Positions 33,220-46,789 of a stretch of DNA of 64,000 nt are shown here, in pieces. The stretch is from Bispira polyomma. Its lineage: Eukaryota. The position numbers and the translations under genes were made by a program. Positions within the stretch are counted from its first letter, which is position 1, and the number at the start of each line of letters is the position of its first letter. The stretch is taken from the NCBI GenBank assembly GCA_965649765.1, contig OZ287754.1:35774001-35838000 (forward strand), written 5' to 3'. The notes beneath the pieces were generated by a model, which had not been told where the DNA came from, made no database searches, and saw only the letters and a list, made by a program, of their open reading frames with translations.

Positions 33220-34197
33220 CCAAACTAAAAGTGAGGAGGGATAGCAGAGGCAAAGGAACTGTGGAGGAACTGTGGAGGCAGCCTGTGAAGTTTTATGCAA
33301 ATATGTCCAAACTACTGATGATCTCCACAGTCCATGAGCCATTATATTTTGGAGTGAAACATTATTATTAAAAGCAAAGGTGGCCCAGACCTTCTAAAAG
33401 TGTGGAAACTATGTGCCCTTGTTGAAAAACCAATATGTTCCAAAACTGAGGATAAAGCATAACGTACATGAGTTTCAATAACTGGTTGGTATGGTGGATC
33501 TTTGGTAACAAACAGGGGTGAACTAGGGTTCAGATCTCTTGTACTTAAAAGCTCCTTGAGTGCTGTGACTGGACAAACTATCTGATTTTTGAGCTCAGGA
33601 ATTTGTATAACATGGGCTTCTGTTCTGGTTTGCAAGTTCTTGGCCCATTTAATAATTATGTGAACTCCTGGTGGGCCAAAAATTATATCCTGTCGCAATA
33701 AGTGTCGTGATGAATCAAATTTTGCTCTAGAGTGAGGGGCCACATTAGAAATTCTTAGAAACCCAAAGAATGAAAGCAAAAAAATGGATCTAAACAGAAT
33801 TGGATCTTGTAATATGACACAAGCCTGTGAAATCAGCCCTAAATGTTGAATTTCAAAAATGCCTTTTGGCTGAGGTCTAAATTGTGAATTGTGTGTCTTG
33901 TAAACATCGAAATTGTGTTGTTATCAAATATATCCATGTTCCAGCCATATTTTCTGGCCATGAATCTGATAGCTGCTACATAATTGTTCACAGCTCCAGG
34001 TGAGTTTCCATTTTGCACTAAATATTCTAGAAATGCAATGACAACATGAGTGTTCATAGTATGGATACCTGCAAAGCACGTAAATGCCACAAATGTCTTA
34101 AACTGGTTTGTATAAGCATTTAATGTTTTTGGACGTAAAGCTGTATTTAGTCTATTCCAGGCTGATTCCATGTAAGTCTGTGTAATCTTTGTGGAAC
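33220..34197 (-). pseudogene. Y6 tyrosine recombinase (frameshifted)
   Basis: FFGFLRISN, KWAKNLQ, HSFHTFRRSG, HGLWRSSVVWTY. Confidence 0.88.
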
Positions 34198-34203
34198 CTG
34201 AAA

Positions 34204-36887
34204 TCACACGTCAAAGTTCACATTAAAGAAGTGTATGGGCACGTTATGCCATATGTAGTTTTGCCATAATATTTCAATTTCCCTAACTCTTGGAGGAATC
34301 TCAGAATATAATCTTGATAATGTGTTAGCTGTACAATTCTTTTTCCCCATAATATGCCTAAGCTTAAGTATAATGTCATAAGTTGCTGTTAAGAGCCATA
34401 TATTTCTCAAACAAAGTGCTAAAAATTTGTCCTTAGTTTTGTCACTGCCAACGACCAAAACCACAGCCATGTTGTCGCAGTTTATGATTACCTTCCTATG
34501 CGCCCACTGAACGCCCCATACTCGAATGGCCAGCAGTATGTTAAGCATTTCTATGTGTACAATCGTCAATTTTTGTCCATAAATATTATACAGGGGTGAT
34601 GCATATACCTGGTTCATGTACACGCCCCCTAAGCCTGTTAAGCAGGCATCTATAAAAACTTCATTATTTACTGTATCGACAATGGGTTCAATATAAGTAA
34701 TCCCGTTATAGTTGGGAAGAAAGCAAACGAACCAGCCTAGATCTGCCTTAATTTCTTCAGAAATTTTGAAACGTTTAGCATTGGCGTTATTTCTAAAAGC
34801 CATCAATAACCTATTTATGAAAATACGCGCTGGCTTGACGCATTTATTAATGTATAATAGCCTGCCCAAAACAGACTGAAATTTTGACCTAGAAATCCAC
34901 TGTTTCTTCAACGTTTCTACACATATGTGATATGTTTCCTTAATTTTTTCTTCAGTAATGCTAATAATACCTTTAGCGATGTCTATGTCTATTCCAAGAC
35001 AAGTGACCTGCTTGCCAGGTTTCGAAAGCTTATCTGGATTGATGGGAAGTCCTAGGGATTCAACAAGGTTATATAATTCAGCAAATGCTTTTTCTGAATC
35101 TATTTTTTCTGAGACACATATGTAATCGTCAATGTAACAGAAACATTTATGGCCTAATTTTCTCATTCTAAAGCTATTACGTCAGAACAATGCTGAAACG
35201 CTGCTGAGCCGTGGACCCAGCCGAACGCTACCGCAGGATCTATGTACTTTTCGCCTTCCAAATTTATACCGAATTTTAGTGCGTCGACTGGGTCCACTCT
35301 TAAATTTCTGAACGCCCTGGCTACGTCCAGTTTTAATATTCTCGCATCTTTTGTTCTGCGTATTTCATCTACAATATCGTCTATATTTGGAAATTTTAAA
35401 TTAAATTCTATGCCATCAAATTCTTTTCTATCGATGTTATCGTTTACTGACTCACCATGTGGAAATGACAAGTCCAGAATGACCCTTCACTTATCCAAAT
35501 CTTTTGGACGCGTTAACAGAGGGGAACAGTGGTAATGCTCACTTTTTATAGTGCTTACTGGGCCTAACATGGCTCCATTGGCTTTCTCTTTATTGATGTA
35601 ATCCCTTACTGCTGTTTTATGTTGAAGGGCAGAATAGTGATTCTTAGTTTCCTTAACCTTAAGTGTATTTGGTTGAGTAAGAGATAACAGGAAACCGAAT
35701 TTCAGATATTGTAACAAAAGTTTGTCGGGGTAATCTTCCAGTGCCTTTTCCCAGCCTTCAATTTTAAGACCAGATTTAAGTGCGATGCGTGCTCGCCTAT
35801 AGTTGGGGCAGCCAGAGTCTCTGATCACTTCAGCTATCTCTACTATTTGATCAACCGTTGTAATGTGCACTGGTAATCTGTCTGGACCAATAAATTCAAA
35901 TTTTGTATCAGAAATTGCTAAAAAACCCTTAGTTTTCGGAGGAAATTCAACATTCTTACTGCTCTGAACCCTGGGGGAAATTTCTTGCCCCATTGCCTGA
36001 GAAATTTGGTCGGATAAGTCGGACGACGCCATGAGATTCTTTACCTTGTTTCCAAGATTACATGTGTTAGTTAAGTTAGTACTGTGTTGTTCTGGTGAAA
36101 CATTTCCACCTAAACTCTTCTCAACTCGTTCACTACTCTTAATTAGCTCATCAATTACGTTTTCCATATATTGTACATATCCGTGTCCAAATTTTTCCCT
36201 AAATTTTTGATCCTGACTGAAATTTCTATAAACATTCTGAGCTTGTGATTTCTCATTTGAATCATAATATGTAATATTTTCATGGACAATGCTCTCCTGT
36301 ATAGTGGTTACTGCTATCTGCATTTTCCCCTGGTCAATGACCCAAATTGGGCCCTCAGGCAGTGAGTGGCATTTACTATAACTACAACATTTTTTCACAT
36401 AATCATATTTTTGAATGTAAAACCCATCCAATTCAGACCTGCCCGTGTTAATATATAATACAGGTAAACTATCCCCAAATTTCTCATGACAGTATGACCA
36501 GTTCATGACACATACTTCAGCAGTAACCAGTTCTACCTTAGGAGCATTGTTGGCAGCTTCATATATCTGAAAGGGTACATTATGGTTTTCACAAGTACAA
36601 TTATCATTACTGATAGGTATGTCCACATTCAAAGCATTATCAACAGCCTTACATTGCTCAATAAAGTCAATATAATTTCCAACATCTATTAGAGGTGTCT
36701 CTACATAGGCAAGTGTTTCTGAGAACCTTTCTTGGTTCAATGTTTTATCATACATACTGGAAACTGTTAAACTATTATAGCTTAAGTAATCACTATTGAT
36801 ATCTCTAAAGGTTCCTAAATTCTTTCTAATATTACTGCCCTTAACATGCTCTTCCATTGTCCCGTTTCTTGGTCGTCGGCAAATGTC
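34204..36887 (-). pseudogene. Y6 pol RT-RNase H (two frameshifts, near 35480 and 35165)
   Basis: LDVARAFRNLRVDP, AFGWVHG, CYIDD, DACLTG, CDNM. Confidence 0.9.
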
Positions 36888-38053
36888 CTAATTATTAACT
36901 GCTCCTTCTGCCTGTTTTGTCGAATTCTCCCGATAGCATTTGAATTCCGGATGTGTTGCTTCTTTCTTGAGAACTGTGGCACAATGCCAGCATTGATGGC
37001 GATATTGGCCGAGGTCCGCACGATGAGAACATTTGCCTGGATTGAATAGCTTGCAAATTGTTCGCCCTTGACTTGAATTATGGGAGTTGGAGGTGGAATT
37101 GGCTGAGAAAGCCGTGTTTCCATTCGCCATCGCCGTCTGGGAGGCACTAATACGATTTAGTGCCCACTGAGTTGTGTCACTCCATCCCAAGCGCACAGCT
37201 TTGACCTCATGCATACTCATGGACCACGCAGTGCGCACAACTTCCCATGGCAGAGAGGCGACATCCTGAAGAGAGAATATGACTTGTTCTACCATCGCCT
37301 TCATAACTACCGGATCTGAGACCTGAAGGGCATTTGCTAATTGTCCTGCAGCCCACTGGGGGAGCGACAAGTCGTCATACATAGGCCGTTTGCGAGTCGC
37401 CCCGCCGACCCAGCCTTCGTTGGCCCATCTAAACTTAGGTTCTGCTGACGCGATGTCCATGTTATTAAACCGCCCTGATTTCTGTCGCTTACCTTGGGCT
37501 AGGGCACACTAGGCTTGCGCCTCATACTGTGCGAGAGCAGATTGGGAAGCTGAAGATTCACCCCAGTCACAGAGATTGTGTTAAGTGTCCCGCCCTGGTT
37601 ACCGGTGAATGGCCCTGTAGGTTGGATCTGACTCGACTGCACGTGGGTTGCCACCTTTGAAGCTTCACGGGCTTCCATCTGATTAAACCTCCGAGTAATC
37701 TGAGAGTTTGACTCCTCCAGCCGTCAAAGTACCGACATCATGAGGGTCATCTCACTACTTGCCGTCGGTGCGGTGGAAACAGGGAAATCCCGTTGGCTGA
37801 ATTGCTCTGGACAGTCCGAGAGTAAATGAGCCGTGGCTGTAGCTTGGGCCTGTGTACCCGTTGCGAGTATTGGTGACGCAAATTGTGAATTGTCGCGTTG
37901 ATAACATGGCAGATTAAGACTGTTAAGTATACTGTCTGATACCTGTTCCACCTGGACTGTTTTCCTTGTTGGTCGTCCTTTCCCCGTACTCTTGCTACTC
38001 TGTCTCATGGTTTTCTTTGCCACGTCCGAAGGTGTCTTCTTGGTACGTCCCAT
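36888..38053 (-). pseudogene. Y6 gag-like (disrupted)
   Basis: QGKRQKSGRFN, YDDLSLPQWAAGQL, CKLFNPGKC..HQCWHC..HPEFKC. Confidence 0.8.
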
Positions 38054-39473
38054 ATTATGGGTATATGTATATAAACTGTTTGTAAACGTATAAAAGCTAT
38101 GTAAAATCACTCAAAATTAAAAACAAGAAAATAAAAGCCTAAAAATTTCTAAAATTCCAATATGGCCGACCATGTACCACTGCCATGGCTAGAACCCGGG
38201 TCCTATGGCACCTACTCGCCTAGCAGTGAAGGTTCCCGGCTGCAGAGCTTTAATCCCCGGTTACCCACACCAGGGGGTAGTTTACAAGCCGGGAACCAGC
38301 ACCACACGGATCCGGGGTCGAATCATTAGCAGTGGCACGTGTTAAGGTAAAAAAATTTTTAAACAGCCCTTATGCTGAGGTAAAGGGGAGGAGGTAGGGA
38401 TTTTTAAAAGCTGTTTCTCTATCAATGTGCGAGATCAATATGGTACGTGACCCTCTCGTTTTGCATGCGTTTTAATTGTGTAGAAATCTGATTGGAGGAG
38501 GCAGATTGAAGCCCTATAATCAAATCTGCCCCTAGGGATTAAGGTGATCATACAACCTATGGGGAACTGCGTTAGCAGACCCCTATGTGGTCGTGCTGTA
38601 CATACTATATTGGGGTTTAGGTGATCCTACTGCATGTACAGGCATAATGCTTGCTTGCCTGTAACTGTTCTATACGTAAACTAGCTCTAGTTAGCACTCA
38701 AACTAGTTCCAGTTAAAACTTAGTATTTAATGTGTACTACTAGTCCTTCAACTGGTTTCATACCTAAACTAGTTTTAGTTAAAGCGTAACTTTAATAACT
38801 AATGTGTCCTACTACTTAGCTAACACGTAACTGTCAATAATTAACGTGTACTACTTGTAACTGTCTTGAAAAAGGTAACTAATCTAGCATCCATGTGTAC
38901 ATGATTAAACTGTATATGGATATGTGTAAATTTAACTTTTAATGTACATAATGTAAACTGAACCTAGCCCTTTATTTTAAAGTAACAGGCATATGAACCT
39001 ATATCAATAGCCACGTTCGACTGGTAGGAAAGATACTTATCTTATTTAACCTAAAAGAAAGATAAGTATCTCTCACTGTTCGTCTGGTCAATATTCAAAA
39101 AAAGATAAGTATCAAAGTTATACACATATCTCGCTATTTAACTTTTTAAATAAATCACGTGATTGCAAATATAAGGTTTTAATAGGTTTCAGTAGAGAGC
39201 ACTCTGAAGTATGGACTTCCATATAAGGATGTTTAGTTTCTTTCAAAGTCAACCACCATGTGTTACGTTTATATAATGATAAAAATTTAATCAAATATTA
39301 CCTTATCCCTGCAAATATTTGCTTAAATAAATATCTTATATGGACCTTTAATTTGACATATAGGTTAGAATTCCTGAAAGTATTGTTTTTTTATGTAAAA
39401 TATTGCTATATCGCCCACTGGGAACGTGTTAAACCATGAATATTTCCTTCGTCAATTTCCGTTTGTCTTCGGT

Positions 39474-39724
39474 TTTTTCAATTTGGATGTTTAACGTCCA
39501 CTCTAATACCTGTTTAGGTTATATTGGGATGGGTAGTTAGAAACGCTGGAGGAAACACTGCATACAGTTGATCAAGGTTCTGCACTGAAACCAGCGGTCC
39601 ACAGTAAGGAACTACCACCTTTCCCACATAGGCATCAACGGGATTCGAACTCACGCCGCCCAGAGGTAAGAGACCAGTGATTGTGAAGCACAATGCTTGC
39701 TAACCACCAGGCCAACGCGGCCCC
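39474..39724 (-). mobile_element. tRNA-derived SINE copy 3
   Basis: Reverse complement of copy 1. TSD TTTGTCTTCGGT at 39462-39473 and 39728-39739. Confidence 0.92.
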
Positions 39725-39794
39725 CCATTTGTCTTCGGTAGCAGATATTAATTTTTTCTGTGCAACTGGAAACAAAAAAAACAAAAAGTATTTC

Positions 39795-40207
39795 TGTTAA
39801 TGCGCAGGTGGGCGGAGTTCACAGATAAGTATCTGAAACGCTACCAGTAGAACAGCCTAATTGCAAATTGTCTCATCTAACATTGGGCTTATTCATTGGG
39901 TCGAGGCGACCTTACAGACTTATGAAATTAAAAGGTTTACTACTGTACATGACCTTAAGTCACTTTTATCTAAAAGTTTTAATTAACTTAATTAGTGGCC
40001 ACCTTAACTTGTTCCCATCATGTAATGTTGTCATTGGTTAAGGTGACCCTAAAATTTTTAATAATCTAAAGTAAAACATTTATTCCTTAAGGTGACGTAA
40101 TTATGAATCTGTACATATACTTGTAGCTAGAATAAATGTTTCAACCGCATTCTGAACTGTTATTACCTTGGCTTCACCTGACCTCTGGAATGCTGCCCGT
40201 TTTAACA
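39795..40207 (+). repeat. Unclassified LTR-like segment (TGTTAA...TTAACA)
   Basis: Inverted 6-bp termini, AATAAATGTTTCAACCGCATTC near 40131, no TSD. Confidence 0.35.
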
Positions 40208-40348
40208 ATGATTGTCTTATAGCCGGGATCCAGAATCTGGGGAGCAGAATCCAGGAACCAGGTAAACGAAATCCCCATTTTGGTATCTTGATGGTGATAA
40301 TTTAAAATATTGAAAGCAAATTGGCAGTATAATAGTATAATAACCCAA

Positions 40349-40427
40349 GTGGTGTATATTAAAAAAATATATGAGGAAAGAAGATGCACTTTATCTTCTC
40401 GAGTCATATTTTTTTAATATACACCAC
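40349..40427. repeat. Palindrome/hairpin (22-bp arms)
   Basis: GTGGTGTATATTAAAAAAATAT ... ATATTTTTTTAATATACACCAC. Confidence 0.7.
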
Positions 40428-41775
40428 AAGGGTTGTCTTACATTTATTATCTACTTATAAAATATAATTATTATGCTTATAAATGTCAAAATACAACATA
40501 AACCAGTCAGAAAGAACCCCAAAATATTGGAAATTCACGGCAAATCACATAATACAAACTAAAAGTACGGAGTTGTGACCTGAAAGAATTAGTTTCAAAT
40601 ACAACCTTCTATCACCCTAAAAATCGGGTTTTGTACACAATAACATTGCATATTGCTTATATTATAAATACTACATTTTTTATATACACATTCACAGGCA
40701 CCAGATGATATAGCTCATTGTATCACCCGGCCCATATCACCAACGAAAACATCATACTTAAGTAGGCAGTGCCAATGCGCGGGCGGGTTCAGTTCTTCGG
40801 GTACCAGACTAAAATAACTTGACCTAGATTGCGTCTAGTATAAAAGACAGCTCTTTTCAAATTCTCCCACCTTTCTTACTTTTGTTTACCAAGGAACAAC
40901 TTCAAAACATGGTCGTTGGAATTTTGTGTTTGTTAAAACTCGGATATTGCACTGTTCTAGTGTTCTATATACCATTGCTTTATGTCTTCATTAGTTCAAG
41001 ATGTCACGTTTAAAAAATATAGTTGTTCCAAATGTAGAGGAAAGCATGTAAGGCCAGTCGGAATAGCTCAGTTTCGTAACAAATACTATTTCAACTGCAA
41101 TCTATGTCCCAGATGATGGAAAGGATGAATAAGCGGGTGCTTCTCCCGGAGGTTTCGATGGCTGGAGACCTCACAAAAAATCAGGCAATCTGAGCAATGT
41201 GAATATGCCAGCCCCAAGTACATATAAGAGGTTTGCTATACTTGACCAACCCAGTGTTTCTATTGTAGAAAGTGACAAATGCTTGAATAGTTTTGAGAAC
41301 AAAAGTATAAAATATGTTGGCAAGCACGTAGGGGGTGGGGAGAATAACAATGGTATTAATAATTCAAGAAATGCCCAAACAAAAACCAGTCGGTACAAAC
41401 GTGGGGCTGAGTTTAAAACAACTGGGGCCACTAGTAGTGAGGGATTTATATTCACTAATATATATGCTTGTGAGCTCAAGTACACAAAGAATAAACTCGA
41501 GTTGCTAAAGAAAGCAAAAATGGATAAAACTCACAACAATTGGCGTGATCAGAATGCAGTACAATATGGCTTTTCCCCTTTGTCCACACTAGGTTGTAAA
41601 ATCTGGGGTAACAATTTGGAAAATCAAGGTTCTGATATATTGGAAATGTATCGAAAACTATGTTGTGATGCCCGACATAATTATGAGAGGCTTCAGCAGA
41701 TTCACAGCTAAATGCTGATAGTTGGAAAGATTATCTTGACAAATATTTGGATTGCCAGTTGCCTCTTTTAATTAA

Positions 41776-42346
41776 GGTTGTTCACTACCATTTTTTTACC
41801 CCACAGATTTTCAAAAGATTTTTTTTATGAAAAGCTTGATTAATATGTTGAACAAAAATATTAAAAAAAACTATATCAAACCAGGCTCTTTTAAAACCTA
41901 CAGAGCTTTAAATAGAGTATGTATTTCCATTCATTTGCCTATTGTTTTCAATGGAAAAGGCTGTTTTGGGAAGAAAAAAATTCCATAAAACGGTACTTTT
42001 AAAAAATTTCACCCCACAGAATTTTATTTTTTTCTCCTCAGTTGTGGTAAATTACAAACTGTAACTGAATATGAGAAAAAAACTGGGGGTTACCGTGCTA
42101 AATTTTTCTAAACTTCAGTTTGTCTAGAAATTTTAGGGTGTAAAACCTTATGTTTCTGTTGAAATAATAGGAAACATCTCGAATTTGTCTGAAGATAAAC
42201 ATTATATTTATAGCAGAGTGGCTTATAAAAAGGCAAAATGACACATTATTCCACATAGACAATTTAACAAAGCACATTTTCTGAAATTTTCATGGAAATA
42301 TATTGAATTTTTGTTTTTAAGAAAAAAAAAATGGTAGCGAACAACA
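41776..42346. mobile_element. Kolobok-like MITE inserted in Y7 pol
   Basis: TIR GGTTGTTC(A/G)CTACCATTTTTTT with TTAA TSDs at 41772-41775 and 42347-42350. Excision restores PLLIKYGFPL. Confidence 0.85.
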
Positions 42347-43284
42347 TTAAGTACGGGTTTCCACTTAATGTGTACCATTAAAATATCAGCCAATCAGGTT
42401 AGGACAATCACAAATCGGCTAAGGAATTTCCTGATCACATAGATGTCTATTTCAGAGAGGAATGCGGCCATGGAGCAATCCTCGAGCCATTTTAAAATCC
42501 TCCAATTAAAAATCTTTATTTTTCACTAATGATGACACAATAAATCTAGCTCAAGTACCAGACGGATCATCATTGATCTGAATTAGCCAAAAGGCAAATC
42601 AGTTAATGCGGATGCATTACTCACGTCATACATGGGCACTGAGTTTTTACTGTCTTATCCTTTAATTGACAACCTAAATAATGAAGTTGTATAACTGGGA
42701 AAAGGTTGTGAAATCTTCAAAATTGACGTAAGCCGGGCATTCCACCACGTATCCATTGACCCAAAGGATATAGATTTGCTTGGCCTCAAATCGGGTGATT
42801 ATTACATAGATAAATTGCTGTCATTCGGATATCAGAATGGCTCCACTATTTTTCAATGTCTTTCGGACATAGTTTGTTTCATAATCTACTCTGAGGGTCA
42901 TATAATGTCTACAATTATATAGATGATTTTTAATATGTTTTGTTACCAAGCCAAATTAATCAGATCAGACTGCAACCTCATTTACCCGAATTGGGTCTAA
43001 CAGTAGGTGAAAAGTAATTAGTAGCTCCCAGTTCGGAGGTTGTTTGCCTAGGGATAAGCATTAAGACCATAGAATGGACCACTTCAATTCCGAGTGAAAA
43101 ATTAAAAGAAATCAAGGATATGTGTACTGTATGGGTTGTCAAGTCTGTTGTATGTTGTCAAGTGCATTAAGAATGCTAGAATACATCGGAATAGAATGCT
43201 TCAACTATTAAGAGATAACCACAACAAAAACAAATTTACTCCCGAATTTAGACGTGACCTTAACTGGTTTGCAACATTCATGTA

Positions 43285-43905
43285 TTACTGATAATATAAG
43301 TATAAATCTAAGATCCTTTATAGCGCAGGTTAGACTTAGTATTTTGCCAATTAACATTGAAATAGGTAGATACTCTAATATTAAAAAAGACGATAGGAAA
43401 TGTAAAATATGTGAGTTAAATGTAATAGAGGATGAATTACACTTTTTGTTTACCTGTCCCCAGTACTATGAACCAAGGCAAGCATTATACAAAAAAATTA
43501 ATAACATAAACTCGGGCTTACAGAAAATTTAGACAGTATTGAAAAAATAAAATTTCTGTTTACCACTCCCCTTTTTTTAGGAAATTATATAAAAGACGCT
43601 TTTCAAATTAGACAAAATTTATTATTTAACTAAATGAAAAGTAACATGTATACAGATATTTTTGTGCCATTGTGTCAGTCATATTGTTTATTTAAAGTAA
43701 ACGGTAAATAATTTTTTTTTTTTTTTTTCGTAATTAAGTGAAATACAGGTTTGTTATCTATTACATGCACCAGTAACGTATAATGATATTGTAAATGTAA
43801 AGTGACTAATAAGCCTTAAAGGCTGGGTGTTGTTAAGAAAATGTATCTGTATATATATCAATATGAATGTCAACCAAAACCCTTGTCACTGAAATATATA
43901 AATAT
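43285..43905 (+). mobile_element. 5'-truncated CR1/L2-group LINE 3' end inserted in Y7
   Basis: LPINIEIGRY..CKIC..EDELHFLFTC. TSD ATTCATGTA at 43276-43284 and 43906-43914. Confidence 0.85.
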
Positions 43906-44722
43906 ATTCATGTAGCAATATAATAGAATCTTATTTTTCAATCACAAACCAGGTAATGCTCAGATAGAATTAGTTGCCTGTTTTACCGGAATAGGGTTAT
44001 TTATTAGAATCAAGTCCATAAACTTGCTGTATCGGCTGAAATGACAGAAGACAATATTGCATCATTAGAAATGATAAATATACTGGTCACATTGAAACTG
44101 TGGGCTAAGGCTTGGCAAGGGTTGAGAGTCTTGTTCAAATGTGACAACCAGGCTGTTGTCAGCGTTTTAACAAGGGGGCGAACCAACAATCCTCTTTTGG
44201 CCACCTACATGCAAAATATATATATGTGGGCAAGACGGTTTGACATAGAAATTAGAGTCATACATATACTTGGGGCTAACAATAATGTGGCTGATTTGCT
44301 GTCTCGCTGGGACAAAACCAAGAATAACGAACAGCCGAACAGCTTTTGCATAAATGGGCGGAGTCTGTAACATGACTTTTCACTGATAAATTGCTTCTAG
44401 AAGTAGACAGCAGTATATAAGTTACAGGTATATATAGTTTTATGTTGTAGAAAGAATCCAATGGATAAATTGCTGACCCAGATGGCTTGCTAGAGGTTGC
44501 ATTCTGCATTCACTTCCTCTACTGCAAGGGCTTATGAGAGTATGTTCAGGCTTTTTCTAGCTTTTGGGGTCTTTATGGACTGACCCCCCCCCCCCACTCA
44601 GGTGACCGTTTTAAATATTATGTCATATCTAGAGTTTCTCAATTTCAATACTGTATCTGCCTCTCAAGATGCCAACCATCTATCAGCAGTTAAAGCACAA
44701 TGCATTTTATTTCATATTAACA

Positions 44723-44974
44723 GGGGCCGCGGTGGCCTAGTGGTTAGCAAGCATTGCGCTTCACAATCACTGGTCTCTCACCTCTGGGGGCGTGAGTTCG
44801 AATCCCGTCCATGCCTATGTGGGAAAGGTGGTAGCTCCTTACTGGGGGCCGTTGGTTTCAGTGCAGAACCTTGATCAACTGTATGCAGTGTTTCCTCCAG
44901 CGTTTCCAACCACCCGTCCCAATATAACCTAAACAGGTACTAGAGTGGATGTTAAATATCCAAATTAAAAAAAA
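44723..44974 (+). mobile_element. tRNA-derived SINE copy 4, in Y7 YR
   Basis: TSD TTCATATTAACA at 44711-44722 and 44975-44986. Confidence 0.92.
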
Positions 44975-46789
44975 TTCATATTAACATTGATGTTGTTTCT
45001 GACACTAGAATACTGACACTGATTAATAGACCCCTTCAAGTTAAACTTAAATGTCTATTTGATATGCCACTCCTCACTGCTTTGGTGGAAAAGTGTAATT
45101 GTACCTAAAGCATCTAGCCAGGGTGGATGTACTGTTCAAACCTGGTTATGCGGTAATTCTGGTGAAACGGTCGAAAACAATTCAAACCAAAGATGCGGTG
45201 CGACTAATTATTTTGCTGGCTGTTCCAAATTCATAACTCTGTCCAGTACTCGCTTTGAAAAAGTTGCTGGATCTCACACTCTCTGGCTTGAACTTCCCTC
45301 AAATTGTCGGCTTCCTGACTATCTCTGACTGACACACGGATCAGACACAACTTAAAATTGTTTTACAAATTCTTGGTTTAAAAGATTCAAATATCACTTT
45401 CCATTCTTTTCGACGTTCCGGTGCCATGTTTGCATTTAATAATAATGTGAGTGTCCAGGACATTTAACGTCATGGCACCTGGACGTCGTATTGCGTGTGG
45501 TATTATATAATGGATTCGGCCCAAGCAGGATCACAGGTAGCTTTTGTTCTTTTGCTCTAGCTTCACAAAATACCTCCCAATGTGTCTGGGATTTGGTGGT
45601 CTGGCACATCTGATGTATCAGATTGCAAGATTATATACAAATAGGAATGTCTGTAAAAATCAAAACTTACAGTAAACATATATTACCGTACTGGGCATAA
45701 GGTCACCTTACATTACACAGTACATAATGTTATCCTTTATATCTAGCCTTAAACTCAAATAATTTCAACCTTAACTATATATCAAACTCAATTTAGGAGG
45801 ACCGTATGCTCTTAACTAAGAATTGAAAATACAGACTGCTTGTTTGAACATGTAGTATGTAATAAAATTATTATTCCGCAATCTTTTTTCTGTGTCATAT
45901 AAATGCAAATACTTCTAAATTACTCTGTTACCCAGAGAAACTGACGTCACAGTGGATAATAAAAACACTTTTCTTTGATAACAGTATCTTTCTTCATCTT
46001 CCAATACATGGGCTCCCAGTCTCATATCCTCAGGAGTGTCTTGCTTACTTAGCACTTGAGATCCAAGAACAAATAGCTGTAGGGTTTTAAGCACATCCCT
46101 CTGTCATACACATTGACTATATAATCTGTATCTTTGGGGTACATCTGCCTTGCTAATTGTTGAATCTAACTGGCATTGCGGGGATTTTTAAACAGCACCA
46201 TATAAGGTGTATTTAAGCTGTTCATTCTCTGGTATTTACTTCGGTGAAATTCATTTTGTGTCACCGCAATGATAGAATTGTTGGTAAACAACTCAGTCAC
46301 CCCTCTTTCTAAGCGATCCACCATCCCATCTAAAAGTTACCACAGATGGGTGTGTGGAGGTACCACATGTGGAAATACCACATGTTGATGTGTGGTGGAA
46401 CCACATGTAGCGATATCTTTGTGTTCAATAAAATACAATTGTGCATTAGACATTTTAAGAACTATTTACATAAATACTTAAACTACTGATTCAAACCACT
46501 TAACTTTGTTAAACACTATTTACAAATCACTTTGGTCAGGAACTATGTATATTAATTTCTACTTGAAACTTTGGCTATTAAACAACTTAAACGCCTATTG
46601 TGTATATGACATTAAACAACTTGAATGAATATTGTTATGACATTAGACAACTAAAATATATATTGTTATGATAATAAATGCATACTGATATGAGATTAAC
46701 CAACTTGAATGCATATTGCTATTTCATTAGCCAACATTAATGCAAATTATTTGTTCATTATATATTAATGCAATTTATTTTGATTTTAT

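Larger units (their letters stand above)
33060..38620 (-). mobile_element. Y6: near-full YR retrotransposon, Y4-like, ending within or after B1
   Basis: gag 36888-38053, pol 34204-36887, YR about 33220-34197. 5' ACAGCACGAC motif resembles the Y4 and Y8 A repeat. Confidence 0.9.
40770..45600 (+). mobile_element. Y7: degraded YR retrotransposon carrying three nested insertions
   Basis: TATA at 40839, gag start CSKCRGKHVRPVG, RT 42351-43284 (NYIDD), RNase H 43915-44420, YR 44450-45560 (FHSFRRSG). Confidence 0.85.

Noticed and set aside
44421-44463. Y7 acceptor as support for the phase-1 splice
   Set aside because: Both candidate AGs are out of phase with the YR frame in this degraded copy, so it was not counted.
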